Source: an uncultured Gammaproteobacteria bacterium
GTDB taxonomy: Bacteria; Pseudomonadota; Gammaproteobacteria; Arenicellales; CAJQKF01
Length of the DNA stretch: 64,000 nucleotides
Direction: 5' to 3'
Assembly (NCBI GenBank): GCA_965652415.1
Contig: CBFGVH010000003.1
Coordinates: 4,782-68,781 of the forward strand
Positions 1 to 9,159 of this stretch are shown piece by piece. A program made the translations under genes and the position numbers. Position 1 is the stretch's first letter; each line of letters opens with the position of its first letter. Under the pieces are notes generated by a model. It saw only the letters and a program-made list of their open reading frames with translations. It ran no database searches and was not told where the DNA came from.

Positions 1-28
1 TGTAGGGGCAGTCCTTGCCCGAGAACAG
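1..28. repeat. REP-type palindromic element, cut by the window edge (TGTAGGGGCAGTCCTTGCCCGAGAAC)
   Basis: Resembles the CTGTAGGAGCCGGCCTTGCCGGCGATTC unit repeated at 4938-5050, 16633-16880 and 48386-48677. Confidence 0.45.
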
Positions 29-169
29 GGTCATGACGCCTCGCCGATTGACTGTACCGTTCACATCATCGCACCTGTGGTGTCGGACCCGGCCCCGTCA
101 TGGCCGCGGCGACGGCCGCCGCCCCCGGGATTCCCCGGCGCCTGGCGTGATCCTTGTTTCCGGCGGCGT

Positions 170-898
170 TCAATGGACGTCGCGCCAGAACTCCTTCTTC
201 AGCGCGTAGGTCAGCCCCACCATGATCAGCAGGAACACGATGACCCAGAAGCCGATCGTATAGCGCTCGAGCTTGGCGGGTTCGGCGAGATAGACCATGA
301 AATTGGTGAGGTCGCGAATCGCCATGTCGTACTCCTCGGGCGACCGGGCGCCGGGCTCGACCAGTTCGAAATGCTCGAACTGCCTGTTGCCCCGCTCGTT
401 GGTCACGAACACCGCCTTCTGCACGCCCTGCCACTCGTACATGGCGTGCGGCATGGCCACGTTGGGGAACACGGTGTTGTTCCAGCCGCTCGGCGTGCTC
501 TCGTCGAGGTAGAAGCTGCGCATGTAGGTGTACAGGTAATCCTCTCCGCGCGAACGCGCCACCAGGCTGAGATCCGGCGGCGCCACCCCGAACCAGCGCT
601 GGGCGTCATCCGCGGGCATGGTGGTGGTCATCAGGTCGCCGATCTTGTCGGTGGCGAACATCATGTCGCGCTCGACGATGGCGGGGTCGATGTCCAGGTC
701 CTCGGCCATGCGCTGGTAGCGCATGTACGAAGCGCTGTGGCACGACAGGCAGAAGTTCACGAATATCCGCGCGCCGCGCTGGAGCGACGCGGTGTCGGAC
801 AGATCGATGTTGGCCTTGTCGAACCCCCCCCCGGCGGGAGCGCCGTGCGCCAGGACCGGGGTCAGCAACAACATGAAGGCGGCAATGGCTTTTCTCAT
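170..898 (-). CDS. petC: Cytochrome c1 (ubiquinol-cytochrome c reductase subunit)
   Basis: Last 242 aa of the 170..2617 ORF. Signal peptide MRKAIAAFMLLLTPVLAHG, heme motif CLSCHS, and a C-terminal TM anchor. The ATG at 896-898 overlaps the petB stop (ATGA). Confidence 0.93.
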   Translation of the reverse strand: MRKAIAAFMLLLTPVLAHGAPAGGGFDKANIDLSDTASLQRGARIFVNFCLSCHSASYMRYQRMAEDLDIDPAIVERDMMFATDKIGDLMTTTMPADDAQRWFGVAPPDLSLVARSRGEDYLYTYMRSFYLDESTPSGWNNTVFPNVAMPHAMYEWQGVQKAVFVTNERGNRQFEHFELVEPGARSPEEYDMAIRDLTNFMVYLAEPAKLERYTIGFWVIVFLLIMVGLTYALKKEFWRDVH

Positions 899-2148
899 TT
901 GCTCGTCACCCTGTCCGGTTCGGGTTTGGTCGGATCCTTGGACGTGTACCACGGCATCAACAGGAAGAACAGGAAGTACAGGATCATGCACACCTGCGCC
1001 CAGTACACGTTGGCGAACAGGGCCAGGTCGACGTCGGCCGGGCTCTTGGTGCCGAGATAACCGAGAACGACGAAGGACACCACGAAGATCGCAAGGGCGG
1101 TCTTGTACATCCAGCCGCGGTAGCGGATCGACCTCACGCGGGCGCGATCGAGCCACGGCAGCAGGAACAGCATCACGATCGACGCGCCCATGGCCATCAC
1201 GCCCCAAACCTTGGCGCCGCCAGGCAGCCACTCCCAGGTCACCGCGCGCAGGATGGAGTAGAACGGCGTGAAGTACCACAGAGGCACGATGTGCGGCGGC
1301 GTCTGCAGGATGTCCGCGGGCGCGAAGTTGTCGCGTTCGAGGAACCAGCCGCCGAACTCCGGCACGAAGAACACGATGCCGAAGTAGATCACCAGGAACA
1401 CCATCACGCCGAAGGTGTCCTTGACGGTGTAGTAGGGATGGAACGGGATGCCGTCTAGCGGCTTGCCGGAGGCGTCCTTGTGCTTCTTGATCTCGACGCC
1501 GTCGGGGTTGTTGGAGCCGACCTTGTGCAGCGCCACGATGTGCAGGTACACCAGCAGCACCAGCAGCAGCGGCAGCAGGATGACGTGGAAGGCGAAGAAG
1601 CGGTTCAGGGTGGCATCGGAGACGACGAAGTCGCCGCGAATCCACTCCGCCAGGCCCTCGCCGACCACCGGGATGGCGCCGAACAGCGAGATGATGACCT
1701 GGGCGCCCCAGTAGGACATGTTGCCCCACGGCAGGAGATAACCCATGAACGCCTCGGCCATCAGGGCGACGAAGATCACCATGCCGATCAGCCACACCAG
1801 TTCGCGCGGCGTGCGGTAGGAGCCGTACAGCAACGCCCGGAACATGTGCAGGTACACCACCACGAAGAACATCGAGGCGCCGGTGGAGTGCATGTAGCGG
1901 ATGAACCAGCCCCACGGCACGTCGCGCATGATGTACTCGACCGAGGCGAAGGCGGTCGCCGCGTCCGGCTTGTAGTGCATGGTGAGGAAGATGCCGGTGA
2001 CGATCTGGATCACCAGCACCACCATCGACAGCACGCCGAAGTAGTACCAGAAGTTGAAATTCTTCGGAGCGTAGTACTCCGCCATGTGCTCCTTCCACAC
2101 CTTGGTGGCGGGAAAGCGGGCGTCGACCCATTCCATGAACCTGGCCAT
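895..2148 (-). CDS. petB: Cytochrome b of the bc1 complex
   Basis: N-terminus MARFMEWVDARFPATKVWKEH..YYAPKNFNFWYYFG and a multi-TM profile typical of cytochrome b. ATG at 2148; a GTG at 2151 is an alternative start. Overlaps the petA stop. Confidence 0.95.
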   Translation of the reverse strand: MARFMEWVDARFPATKVWKEHMAEYYAPKNFNFWYYFGVLSMVVLVIQIVTGIFLTMHYKPDAATAFASVEYIMRDVPWGWFIRYMHSTGASMFFVVVYLHMFRALLYGSYRTPRELVWLIGMVIFVALMAEAFMGYLLPWGNMSYWGAQVIISLFGAIPVVGEGLAEWIRGDFVVSDATLNRFFAFHVILLPLLLVLLVYLHIVALHKVGSNNPDGVEIKKHKDASGKPLDGIPFHPYYTVKDTFGVMVFLVIYFGIVFFVPEFGGWFLERDNFAPADILQTPPHIVPLWYFTPFYSILRAVTWEWLPGGAKVWGVMAMGASIVMLFLLPWLDRARVRSIRYRGWMYKTALAIFVVSFVVLGYLGTKSPADVDLALFANVYWAQVCMILYFLFFLLMPWYTSKDPTKPEPDRVTSK

Positions 2149-2747
2149 CACGCCACCCCCTCGGGATCAACGCCCACCAGCACGCGGTTGTCGTCGATGT
2201 AGGAGTGCGGCGGCACCACGAGGTTGGTCGGCGCCGGCACGTTGCGGTACACCCGTCCGGCGAGGTCGAACATCGAGCCGTGGCAGGGACAGAAGAAGCC
2301 GCCCTTCCAGTCCTCGGACATGCCGCCGGCGGTGCCCAGTTCGAACTTCTTCGTCGGGGCGCAGCCGAGATGGGTGCAGATGCCGACCACCACCAGGACC
2401 TCGGGACGGATGGAGCGGAATTCGTTCTGCGTGTACGCGGGCTGCTGCGGCTCCTCGGAGTCGGGGTCGGCCAGCTTCTCGTCGAGGGTCTTGAGGTTCT
2501 CGAGCATCTCCCCGGTGCGGTTGATGATCCACACCGGGCGCCCGCGCCACTCGACCGTGAGCATCTGCCCGGGCTCGAGCTTGCTGATATCCACCTCGAC
2601 CGGGGCGCCGGCGGCACGAGCCCGCGCGCTGGGCGTCATGCTCGCCACGAAGGGCACCGCGGCGGCCGCCACGCCGGCGAGCCCGACCCCGGTGGTCACC
2701 GTCGTCAGAAATCGCCGGCGACTCGTATCTTGGCTTACGTCGCTCAT
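2148..2747 (-). CDS. petA: Rieske 2Fe-2S subunit of ubiquinol-cytochrome c reductase
   Basis: 199 aa. Tat-type signal SRRRFLT and Rieske boxes CTHLGC and CPCHGS. Confidence 0.95.
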   Translation of the reverse strand: MSDVSQDTSRRRFLTTVTTGVGLAGVAAAAVPFVASMTPSARARAAGAPVEVDISKLEPGQMLTVEWRGRPVWIINRTGEMLENLKTLDEKLADPDSEEPQQPAYTQNEFRSIRPEVLVVVGICTHLGCAPTKKFELGTAGGMSEDWKGGFFCPCHGSMFDLAGRVYRNVPAPTNLVVPPHSYIDDNRVLVGVDPEGVA

Positions 2748-2829
2748 GGGTTCCTCGAGAGAGATACGTATTCGGCGCGATGGGCGACCGCCTGCCGCCG
2801 GCCGTCCACCACCTATTCAAAGCCTTGCG

Positions 2830-2838
2830 ATTATAGCA
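2830..2838 (-). promoter_or_regulatory. Candidate extended -10 promoter element (TGcTATAAT) for petABC
   Basis: The minus strand reads TTGCTATAAT about 83 nt upstream of the petA ATG, a perfect TATAAT with an upstream TGn. No good -35 element. Confidence 0.35.
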
Positions 2839-2886
2839 AAAGCCTATCGCGCGCGGGCGAGGTGCTGGGCGCCCTGCCGGTGCCGC

Positions 2887-4869
2887 TCAGCGCGCGAGCA
2901 GGGCGCGAATGGACGCCAGGTGGGCGCGCCCGGCGTTTCGCACCCGCTCGTCGTCTGCCTCGCCGTCTCGCTCGAACTCGAGGTCCTCTGCCGGCAGCTC
3001 GTCGATGAACCGGCTCGGCCGGCAGTCGATGATCTCGCCGTAGCGCCGCCTCGACGACGGCCACGACAGGGTCAGGTGCTTGCGCGCGCGGGTGATGCCG
3101 ACGTAGAACAGCCGCCGCTCCTCCTCCACGCCCGCCTCGCCGGTGCTGTTGGCGTGGGGCAGCAGGTCGTCGCTGACGCCGACCAGGAAGACGTGGTCGA
3201 ACTCCAGGCCCTTGGCCGCGTGCAGGGTCATCAGGCGGACCTTGTCGTCGTCGACCTCGTCGTCTTCGCGGCGATCGAGCATGTCGGTGAGGACCAGGGT
3301 GCGCACGGCGTCGGCGAGGCCGCCGTCGCCGTCCCCCGAACGCGACACCCGTTCCAGCCACTGGCGCAGTTCCTGCACGTTCTGCCAGCGGCGCTCGGCG
3401 GCCTCGTCGGAATCGGACTCATCGAGCAGCCACTGCCGGTAGCCGATTTCCTCGAGCAGGTCGTCGATGAGCTCGCCGGGGGGCGCGGACTCGGCGAAGT
3501 CCCGGAAACGGACGATGAGCCCGGCGAAGGCTTCGACGCTGGCCCGGGCCCGGGGCGGCAGCGCATCCACCACCGCAGATTCGAGCATCGCCTCGGCCGC
3601 GGTCATGCGCCGCGCGCGCGCCGCCTCGCCCAGCTTCTCCAGGGTGCCGGCGCCGATGCCGCGGCGGGGAGCGTTGACGATGCGCATCAACGCGCTGTCG
3701 TCGGCGGGGTTGGCGATCAGCCGCAGGTAGGCCATCAGGTCGCGGACTTCGGTTCGGTCGAAGAACGACTGGCCGCCGCTCAGCTGGTACGGCACCCGCA
3801 TCTGCATGAGCCTTTGCTCGAAGATCCGGGACTGGTGGTTCGAGCGGTACAGGATGGCGAAGTCGCCGTAGCGGGCGCGGCGCTGGAAGTGCGCCGACAT
3901 CAGCTCCGAGACCACCTGGTCGGCCTCGCGCATCTCGTTGGCGCAGACCAGCACGCGGACCGGGTCCCCGGGTCCGAGCTCGCTCCACAGGGTCTTCTCG
4001 AACGTGCGTCGATTGTTGCGGATCAGGTGGTTGGCAAGCTTGAGGATGCGGCCGCGCGAGCGGTAGTTCTGCTCCAGCTTGATGACCTCGAGATCCGGGA
4101 AGTCCTGGGCGAGGCGTGCCAGGTTCTCCGGCATCGCGCCGCGCCAGGCGTAGATGGACTGGTCGTCGTCGCCCACCACCACGAGGTTGCTCCCGTCTCC
4201 GGCGAGCAGCCGGACCAGCTCGTACTGGGCGGCGTTGGTGTCCTGGTACTCGTCCACCAGCAGGTGGCCGATGCGCTCGCGCCAGCGGCCGAGGAGTTCC
4301 TCGTCCTCGGCCAGCAGGTCGCGCGGCAGGCAGACCATGTCGTCGAGGTCGAGGGCGTTGAGCGCCCTCAGGTGGCGACGGTAGGCGGCGTCGATGCGGC
4401 CCAGGGACGAGCCCGGCGGCTCGGGCGCGCCGCGCGGCGCATTGCGCCAGGCCGACAGCGCCCCGGCCACCGCGTCGGCGGCCGACGGGTCGGTGCCGAA
4501 CTCGCGCGCCAAGAGGTCGGCGATGATGGCGCGGCTGTCGGCCGGGCCGACGATGCTGAACGACGGCGTGAGCCCGGCGCGCCCGTGTTCGCGGCGCAGG
4601 ATGCGCATGCCCAGGCGATGGAAGGTCGAGATACCCGCCCCTTCGGCGCGCGCACCGGCCAGGGCCGTCACCCGCGCCTTCATCTCGCGCGCCGCCTTGT
4701 TGGTGAACGTGACCGCGACGATGCCGGCCGGGTCCACCGCGCGCTCGTCGATCAGCCAGGCGATGCGGCGGGTGATCACTCCGGTCTTGCCGCTGCCGGC
4801 ACCGGCGAGCACCAGTGCGGGCGAACCTTCGTGGGTGACGGCCTTTCTCTGGGCGGGGTTGAGCTTCAT
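2887..4869 (-). CDS. rep: ATP-dependent DNA helicase Rep (UvrD/Rep superfamily 1)
   Basis: 660 aa. MKLNPAQRKAV..LVLAGAGSGKTGVITRRIAWLI..VTFTNKAAREMKARV closely parallels the E. coli Rep N-terminus, and the length fits Rep. Confidence 0.9.
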   Translation of the reverse strand: MKLNPAQRKAVTHEGSPALVLAGAGSGKTGVITRRIAWLIDERAVDPAGIVAVTFTNKAAREMKARVTALAGARAEGAGISTFHRLGMRILRREHGRAGLTPSFSIVGPADSRAIIADLLAREFGTDPSAADAVAGALSAWRNAPRGAPEPPGSSLGRIDAAYRRHLRALNALDLDDMVCLPRDLLAEDEELLGRWRERIGHLLVDEYQDTNAAQYELVRLLAGDGSNLVVVGDDDQSIYAWRGAMPENLARLAQDFPDLEVIKLEQNYRSRGRILKLANHLIRNNRRTFEKTLWSELGPGDPVRVLVCANEMREADQVVSELMSAHFQRRARYGDFAILYRSNHQSRIFEQRLMQMRVPYQLSGGQSFFDRTEVRDLMAYLRLIANPADDSALMRIVNAPRRGIGAGTLEKLGEAARARRMTAAEAMLESAVVDALPPRARASVEAFAGLIVRFRDFAESAPPGELIDDLLEEIGYRQWLLDESDSDEAAERRWQNVQELRQWLERVSRSGDGDGGLADAVRTLVLTDMLDRREDDEVDDDKVRLMTLHAAKGLEFDHVFLVGVSDDLLPHANSTGEAGVEEERRLFYVGITRARKHLTLSWPSSRRRYGEIIDCRPSRFIDELPAEDLEFERDGEADDERVRNAGRAHLASIRALLAR

Positions 4870-4937
4870 GGTCGGGCGGGCAAAAAGGTCCCGAGTCTAG
4901 TGCACCGGGCCGCCGATAATCACCCCCTTTCGCGGCG

Positions 4938-5050
4938 CTTGGCAGGCTCCTACAGTGCCATGGCTCTCGCGCGTGATTGCGTCGGCGGAAACATCACCCG
5001 AAAAAGAATCGCCGCCAAGGCCGGGCCCCACCGTGCCCTGCAGGCGATCG
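4938..5050. repeat. REP element cluster (one good copy plus degenerate copies) in the rep / DUF192 divergent spacer
   Basis: CTTGGCAGGCTCCTACAGTGCC at 4938-4959. AAGAATCGCCGCCAAGGCCGGGCCCCACCGTGCC at 5003-5037 is a degenerate copy of the 34-nt unit at 48417. CTGCAGGCGATCG at 5038-5050. Confidence 0.6.
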
Positions 5051-5117
5051 AGTTGAATCGCACCGGAGGCGCCGCGATAATCGAACCGGCCGTCCCACCG
5101 AACCCGAACCCATCGCG

Positions 5118-5618
5118 ATGCCCCGTCTGCCCCGAGCACTCGTCTTCGCCTGCCTGTTCATCGGCATGATGCTCGGCGCACTGCCGGCGCGCGCGGCGGG
5201 CGTCGCCGAGGTGGACATCGGCGGGGAGACGTTCACCCTGGAACTCGCCCTCGACGCGGCGGCGCGCAGCCAGGGCCTGATGTACCGCGACCACATCGCC
5301 GCCGACGGCGGCATGCTGTTCGTGTTTCCCAACGTCGCCCGGCGGCACTTCTGGATGAAGAACTGCCTGGTCGACATGGACATCCTGTTCCTCGACGACG
5401 GCGGCGTCATTACCACCATCATGGAGATGTACGCGGAGCCGCCGCGCGGCGAGAACGAATCGATCGCCGCCTACCATGCCAGGCTGCCGCGCTATCCGAG
5501 CGGCGCGCCGGTGCGTTACGCGATCGAACTCAGGCACGGCACGGCCGAACGGCTCGGCCTCGGCACCGGGATGCGGCTGGACCTCGACCGCGAGGCACTG
5601 GTGTCGCAGGCGAGGTAG
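5118..5618 (+). CDS. DUF192 domain protein with a predicted signal peptide
   Basis: Internal ATG at 5118 of ORF 4977..5618. Signal-like MPRLPRALVFACLFIGMMLGALPARAAG. GMLFVFP..RHFWMKNCLVDMDILFLD matches the DUF192 (COG1430) pattern. Confidence 0.75.
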   Translation: MPRLPRALVFACLFIGMMLGALPARAAGVAEVDIGGETFTLELALDAAARSQGLMYRDHIAADGGMLFVFPNVARRHFWMKNCLVDMDILFLDDGGVITTIMEMYAEPPRGENESIAAYHARLPRYPSGAPVRYAIELRHGTAERLGLGTGMRLDLDREALVSQAR

Positions 5619-5635
5619 GCGTCCGGCAGGCCCCG

Positions 5636-7495
5636 TCAGCGCGCGGCGGCCAGGCGATTCAGCGCGCGGATGTGGGTGGCGTGGAAGAACGCGTTGGCGG
5701 CCACGGCCTCGAAGGCGCGGTTCAGGCTCTGCCGGGCCAGGTCCACCAGGGCTTCGTCGTCCGACGCGAGCCCCATGGTCAGCGCGAGGTCGGCGAGCAC
5801 CGCCGGCGGGGCCTCGAGCGGGCTGTCGTTGACGAGCTCGCGCGGCGGCTCCGGCGCCAGCAATCCGTCCTCGCCCAGGCGCCAGCCGTTGCCGACCCGG
5901 AAGCGGGCGAAGGCGGCCACGAGTATCTCGCGGGCGAGGGCCGCGTCCGCCTCGTTTCCGGTCAGTCGGGCATGGTCCCACAGTCCGCGGGCGACGAAGG
6001 CGTAGTCCTCGAGCGAGGCGCTGCCGACCTCGGCGCCGTTCGCCCGCGCCCGCGCAAGGCGCCCGTCGCGCCAGAGTTCGCCGACGAGATAGTCCCGTAT
6101 GTGCCGCGCCGTGTCGGCGTAGGCCGGCTCGTCCAGTCGCAGGGCGGCCTCGCTGAACGCGGACAATGCCAGGCCGTTCCAGCCGGCCAGCAGCTTGTCG
6201 TCCGCCGGCAGGCGGCGGCGTGCGCGCTCGGCCATCAACCGTTCGCGGGCGGAAGCGACGAGCGCCGCCGCGGCGGCCTCGTCGAGGTTCATGTTGCGCG
6301 CCACGTGGGTCAGCGGACGATGGCAGCGAAGGTGGTGCCCCGCCGCCAGGACCGGCACCCCCGAGATGTCGCAGTGGGCGCGAACCACGCGCAGTTCGCG
6401 ATCATCGAGGACCCGCTCGAGGGCTTCGTCGCTGTAGAGATAGTAACCGCCCTCGACGCCATCGCCGTCCACGGCCGACAGCGAGGCGATCATCGCGCCG
6501 GCGGCCGAAGCGAGTTCACGGCGCATGAAGTCGAGCGTGGCGCGGGCGACGGCCGCGTAGTCGCGCTCCTCGAACATCGGCGCCGCGCGCAGGTAGACGA
6601 GCGCCAACTGGGCGTTGTCGTAGAGCATCTTCTCGAAATGAGGCGTGTCCCACCCGGGGTCGACCACGTAGCGGAAGAAACCGCCGCCGACGTGGTCGAA
6701 CAATCCTCCCTCGGCCATGGCGTCGAGCGTGGTCCTCACGAGCTCGCGGACCGCCTCGCGACCGTCGCGGCCGGCGAGGTCCACCAGGTAGTCAAGGGCC
6801 GGCGCCTGCGGAAACTTGTTCGGACCGCCGAAGCCGCCCTGGAAGTCGTCGTGCAGCGCGAGCGCCTGCTCGACGAACACCTGCTCCAGGGCCCGGGCGG
6901 CGCCGCCGTCGACCAAGGCGGCGGCATCGGGCAGATCCCGCTCGCCCGCCCGCGCCGCGAGGCCCGCGAGGCGTTCGCGCTGCTCCGTCCACAGGACGTG
7001 CATGCGATCGATGGCCTCGCCGAACTCGCCGGCGGGCATGTACAGGACGGCGAACAGCGGATGCCCGTCCGGGGTCACGAACACGTTGAGAGGCCAGCCC
7101 GAGCGCCCCAGGAGCTGCTCGGCGAACTCCGACAGGCGCGCGTCCAGTGCCGGTTCGAGTTCGCGGTCGACCTTTACCGGTATGAAGCGTTCGTTGATGC
7201 GCGCGGCGATGTCGGCGTTGCGAAAGCTCTCGCGCTGCATCACGTGGCACCAGTGGCAGGAGAAGTAGCCGACCGACACCAGCAGCAGCCGATCTCCTGC
7301 ACGGGCCTCGGCCAGCGCGCGCTCGTTCCACTCGCGCCAGGCGACCGGATCGTCGGCGTGCAAGGCGAGGTAGGGAGAAGGGTGGTCGCGAAGGGGGCTG
7401 GCGGCCGCGTTCGCCGCCAGCAGCGCCAGCAGCGCGAACGCCGCCAGCGCCGTCGTCCGGCGCGCGCGTGAGGCCGAGACGACGACGCCGAACAC
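5636..7495 (-). CDS. DUF255 / thioredoxin-domain protein (YyaL/SSP411-like, thioredoxin fold plus six-hairpin domain) with an N-terminal signal-like sequence
   Basis: 619 aa. HPSPYLALHADDPVAWREW..LLLVSVGYFSCHWCHVMQRESF is the DUF255 signature with a CxxC motif. The N-terminus ALAAFALLALLAANAAASP looks like a signal peptide. Starts 4 nt after the upstream gene. Confidence 0.85.
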   Translation of the reverse strand: MFGVVVSASRARRTTALAAFALLALLAANAAASPLRDHPSPYLALHADDPVAWREWNERALAEARAGDRLLLVSVGYFSCHWCHVMQRESFRNADIAARINERFIPVKVDRELEPALDARLSEFAEQLLGRSGWPLNVFVTPDGHPLFAVLYMPAGEFGEAIDRMHVLWTEQRERLAGLAARAGERDLPDAAALVDGGAARALEQVFVEQALALHDDFQGGFGGPNKFPQAPALDYLVDLAGRDGREAVRELVRTTLDAMAEGGLFDHVGGGFFRYVVDPGWDTPHFEKMLYDNAQLALVYLRAAPMFEERDYAAVARATLDFMRRELASAAGAMIASLSAVDGDGVEGGYYLYSDEALERVLDDRELRVVRAHCDISGVPVLAAGHHLRCHRPLTHVARNMNLDEAAAAALVASARERLMAERARRRLPADDKLLAGWNGLALSAFSEAALRLDEPAYADTARHIRDYLVGELWRDGRLARARANGAEVGSASLEDYAFVARGLWDHARLTGNEADAALAREILVAAFARFRVGNGWRLGEDGLLAPEPPRELVNDSPLEAPPAVLADLALTMGLASDDEALVDLARQSLNRAFEAVAANAFFHATHIRALNRLAAAR

Positions 7496-7499
7496 GCGG

Positions 7500-8483
7500 T
7501 TACTGCAAGGCGTTGTTGACCGCCTGCGAGGCCTTGTCGACGGTGTCGAGCAGTTTCTCGGTGGCGCTCTCGCTCACCGAGCGGATCTTGCCTACCATGT
7601 CCTTGTACCAGTCGGCATCGGGCTCGAAGCCGCCCTCGTGCTCGCGAAGCAGTGCGAGCTGCTCCTCGAGGGTCGTCTTGTCGGAGACGTCTTCGCGCGA
7701 GGGATCACCGGTCATCACCACCACCTGGGTGCAGGTGGTGGTCAGCGTGCGCGGCGTGCCGAACCCGCCCCAGGTTTCCTCGACCGGCACCGTGTCGACG
7801 TTGTAGATCATGTTGCCGTCGACCTCCTGGCGCAGCATCGAGCGGTCGCCGACGCCGATCCACAGCAGCTTGTGCTCCTTGATCTGGCGGAACAGCTGGT
7901 TGCTGGTATCAGGCATCTGCACGAAGAAGGCGACGTCCGCCTCGCCGTTGGCGACCGCGTTGATGGCGGCATCGGTGGAGTCGTGATGGGTGATATTCTC
8001 AGCCGCCGACAGGGCCTCGTTGATGGACTGGATGAACTCGAAGGTCTTGGTCGACCCGGACTCGGCGCCCGGAAGAGCCACCCGCATGCGCCGGGCGAGC
8101 GACATCATGTTGCCCCAGCCGTCGCCGTCCTGGCTGCCGGCGATGCCTTCGTTGGCGGTCACGGCGAACAGGCACTCGCGCACCCCGGTGGGCACCGCGA
8201 CCACCTTGCCGGGATCCTGCGCGTTCATCAGGGCAAAGACGTCCCCCTGGCCGAGGGCCACCACCATCGGGTTCTCGACGATGGCGTTGAAGTTGCCGGC
8301 CGAGCCCTTGCCGGGCTTGAGGGGATAGCGGAACAGGGCGCCTTGCAGCACCTCGTGAACCTTCGGCCCGATGTCGTTGTAGTAGGCGCCCGAGGTGCCG
8401 CCGGTCAGCAGCTCGTCAGCGGACGCGGCGGCGCCGAGGGTCAGCGCGAGACCGGCGGCGAGAACGGTAGTGGCATGTTTCAC
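7500..8483 (-). CDS. Periplasmic solute-binding protein, TAXI-like (TRAP-associated family); orphan
   Basis: GTG start at 8483, preceded by GAGGAG 9 nt upstream. Signal peptide KHATTVLAAGLALTLGAAASA. LTGGTSGAYYNDIG resembles the TAXI TGGTGGVYY motif. No membrane component nearby. Confidence 0.6.
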   Translation of the reverse strand: MKHATTVLAAGLALTLGAAASADELLTGGTSGAYYNDIGPKVHEVLQGALFRYPLKPGKGSAGNFNAIVENPMVVALGQGDVFALMNAQDPGKVVAVPTGVRECLFAVTANEGIAGSQDGDGWGNMMSLARRMRVALPGAESGSTKTFEFIQSINEALSAAENITHHDSTDAAINAVANGEADVAFFVQMPDTSNQLFRQIKEHKLLWIGVGDRSMLRQEVDGNMIYNVDTVPVEETWGGFGTPRTLTTTCTQVVVMTGDPSREDVSDKTTLEEQLALLREHEGGFEPDADWYKDMVGKIRSVSESATEKLLDTVDKASQAVNNALQ

Positions 8484-8535
8484 GGGTTGCAGCTCCTCGA
8501 TGATGTATGACTGGTGGTTCTGGCGGCGACCGACC

Positions 8536-9129
8536 CTACTGGTAGGCCCCGCTCGCCGCGGATTCCTCGCCGCCCTGGACACCCGCTTCCACGGCGGCGT
8601 CGGCGGTGCCGGAGACTTCCCCGGGGGCGGCCGTCGGCTCGGCGGCGGGCGCCAGGTAGCCGGCGGTCTCGAGCTCGGCGACGAGGTCGTCGCGGTCGTA
8701 GCCGAACACCGGGACTTCCCCGACCATCAGCACCGGAACGCGGAACTCGCCGGTGCTTTCGCGCAGGCGCCGCTGGTTGTCGATGTCGCTCTCGACGTTG
8801 ATCTCCTCGTAGGGCAGCTGGCGGTCGTCGAGGAACCAGCGCACGAAATCGCAAGGATCGCAGCGCGGCACCGTGAACAGCACCAGCGGCCGCGACTCGG
8901 AGGCCGCCTGGATGCGCTCGTCGTCGCCCACCTCGGTCGAGGTCACGGTCTCGCCGCTTTGCGGATCCTCTATGGTGCGGGTCTCGAAGCTGGCACCGTC
9001 CGCCGGCGGCTGGTCCTGGTAGGTGACGTTGCCGTACTGGTCGACCACCTTGTACAGGGTGCGCTGCGCCGCCGCCGGCCACGCGGCCATGGCCAGGACG
9101 ATGAGGAATGCGGTCAGCGCTGGTTTCAT
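8536..9129 (-). CDS. Secreted DUF4124 plus glutaredoxin-like fusion protein (CDPC active site)
   Basis: 197 aa. Signal peptide MKPALTAFLIVLAMAAWPAAAQ, DUF4124-like LYKVVDQYGNVTYQDQPP, then a Grx fold: LVLFTVPRCDPCDFVRWFL..RVPVLMVGEVPVFGYDRDDL. GAGGG lies 6 nt before the ATG. Confidence 0.75.
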   Translation of the reverse strand: MKPALTAFLIVLAMAAWPAAAQRTLYKVVDQYGNVTYQDQPPADGASFETRTIEDPQSGETVTSTEVGDDERIQAASESRPLVLFTVPRCDPCDFVRWFLDDRQLPYEEINVESDIDNQRRLRESTGEFRVPVLMVGEVPVFGYDRDDLVAELETAGYLAPAAEPTAAPGEVSGTADAAVEAGVQGGEESAASGAYQ

Positions 9130-9159
9130 CGGCGACCCTCGCGCGTGGTCATCGGGCGG

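Noticed and set aside
2224-5169. 981-aa plus-strand ORF spanning petA, rep and the DUF192 region
   Set aside because: It runs antisense to or overlaps well-supported conserved genes. The translation is low-complexity and rich in Arg, Ala, Gly and Pro, with no recognisable motif. This is a typical GC-driven shadow ORF. The same applies to 8395..11235 (+), 24399..26528 (+), 28573..30318 (-), 41704..42990 (+), 48773..51439 (+) and the other long antisense ORFs.
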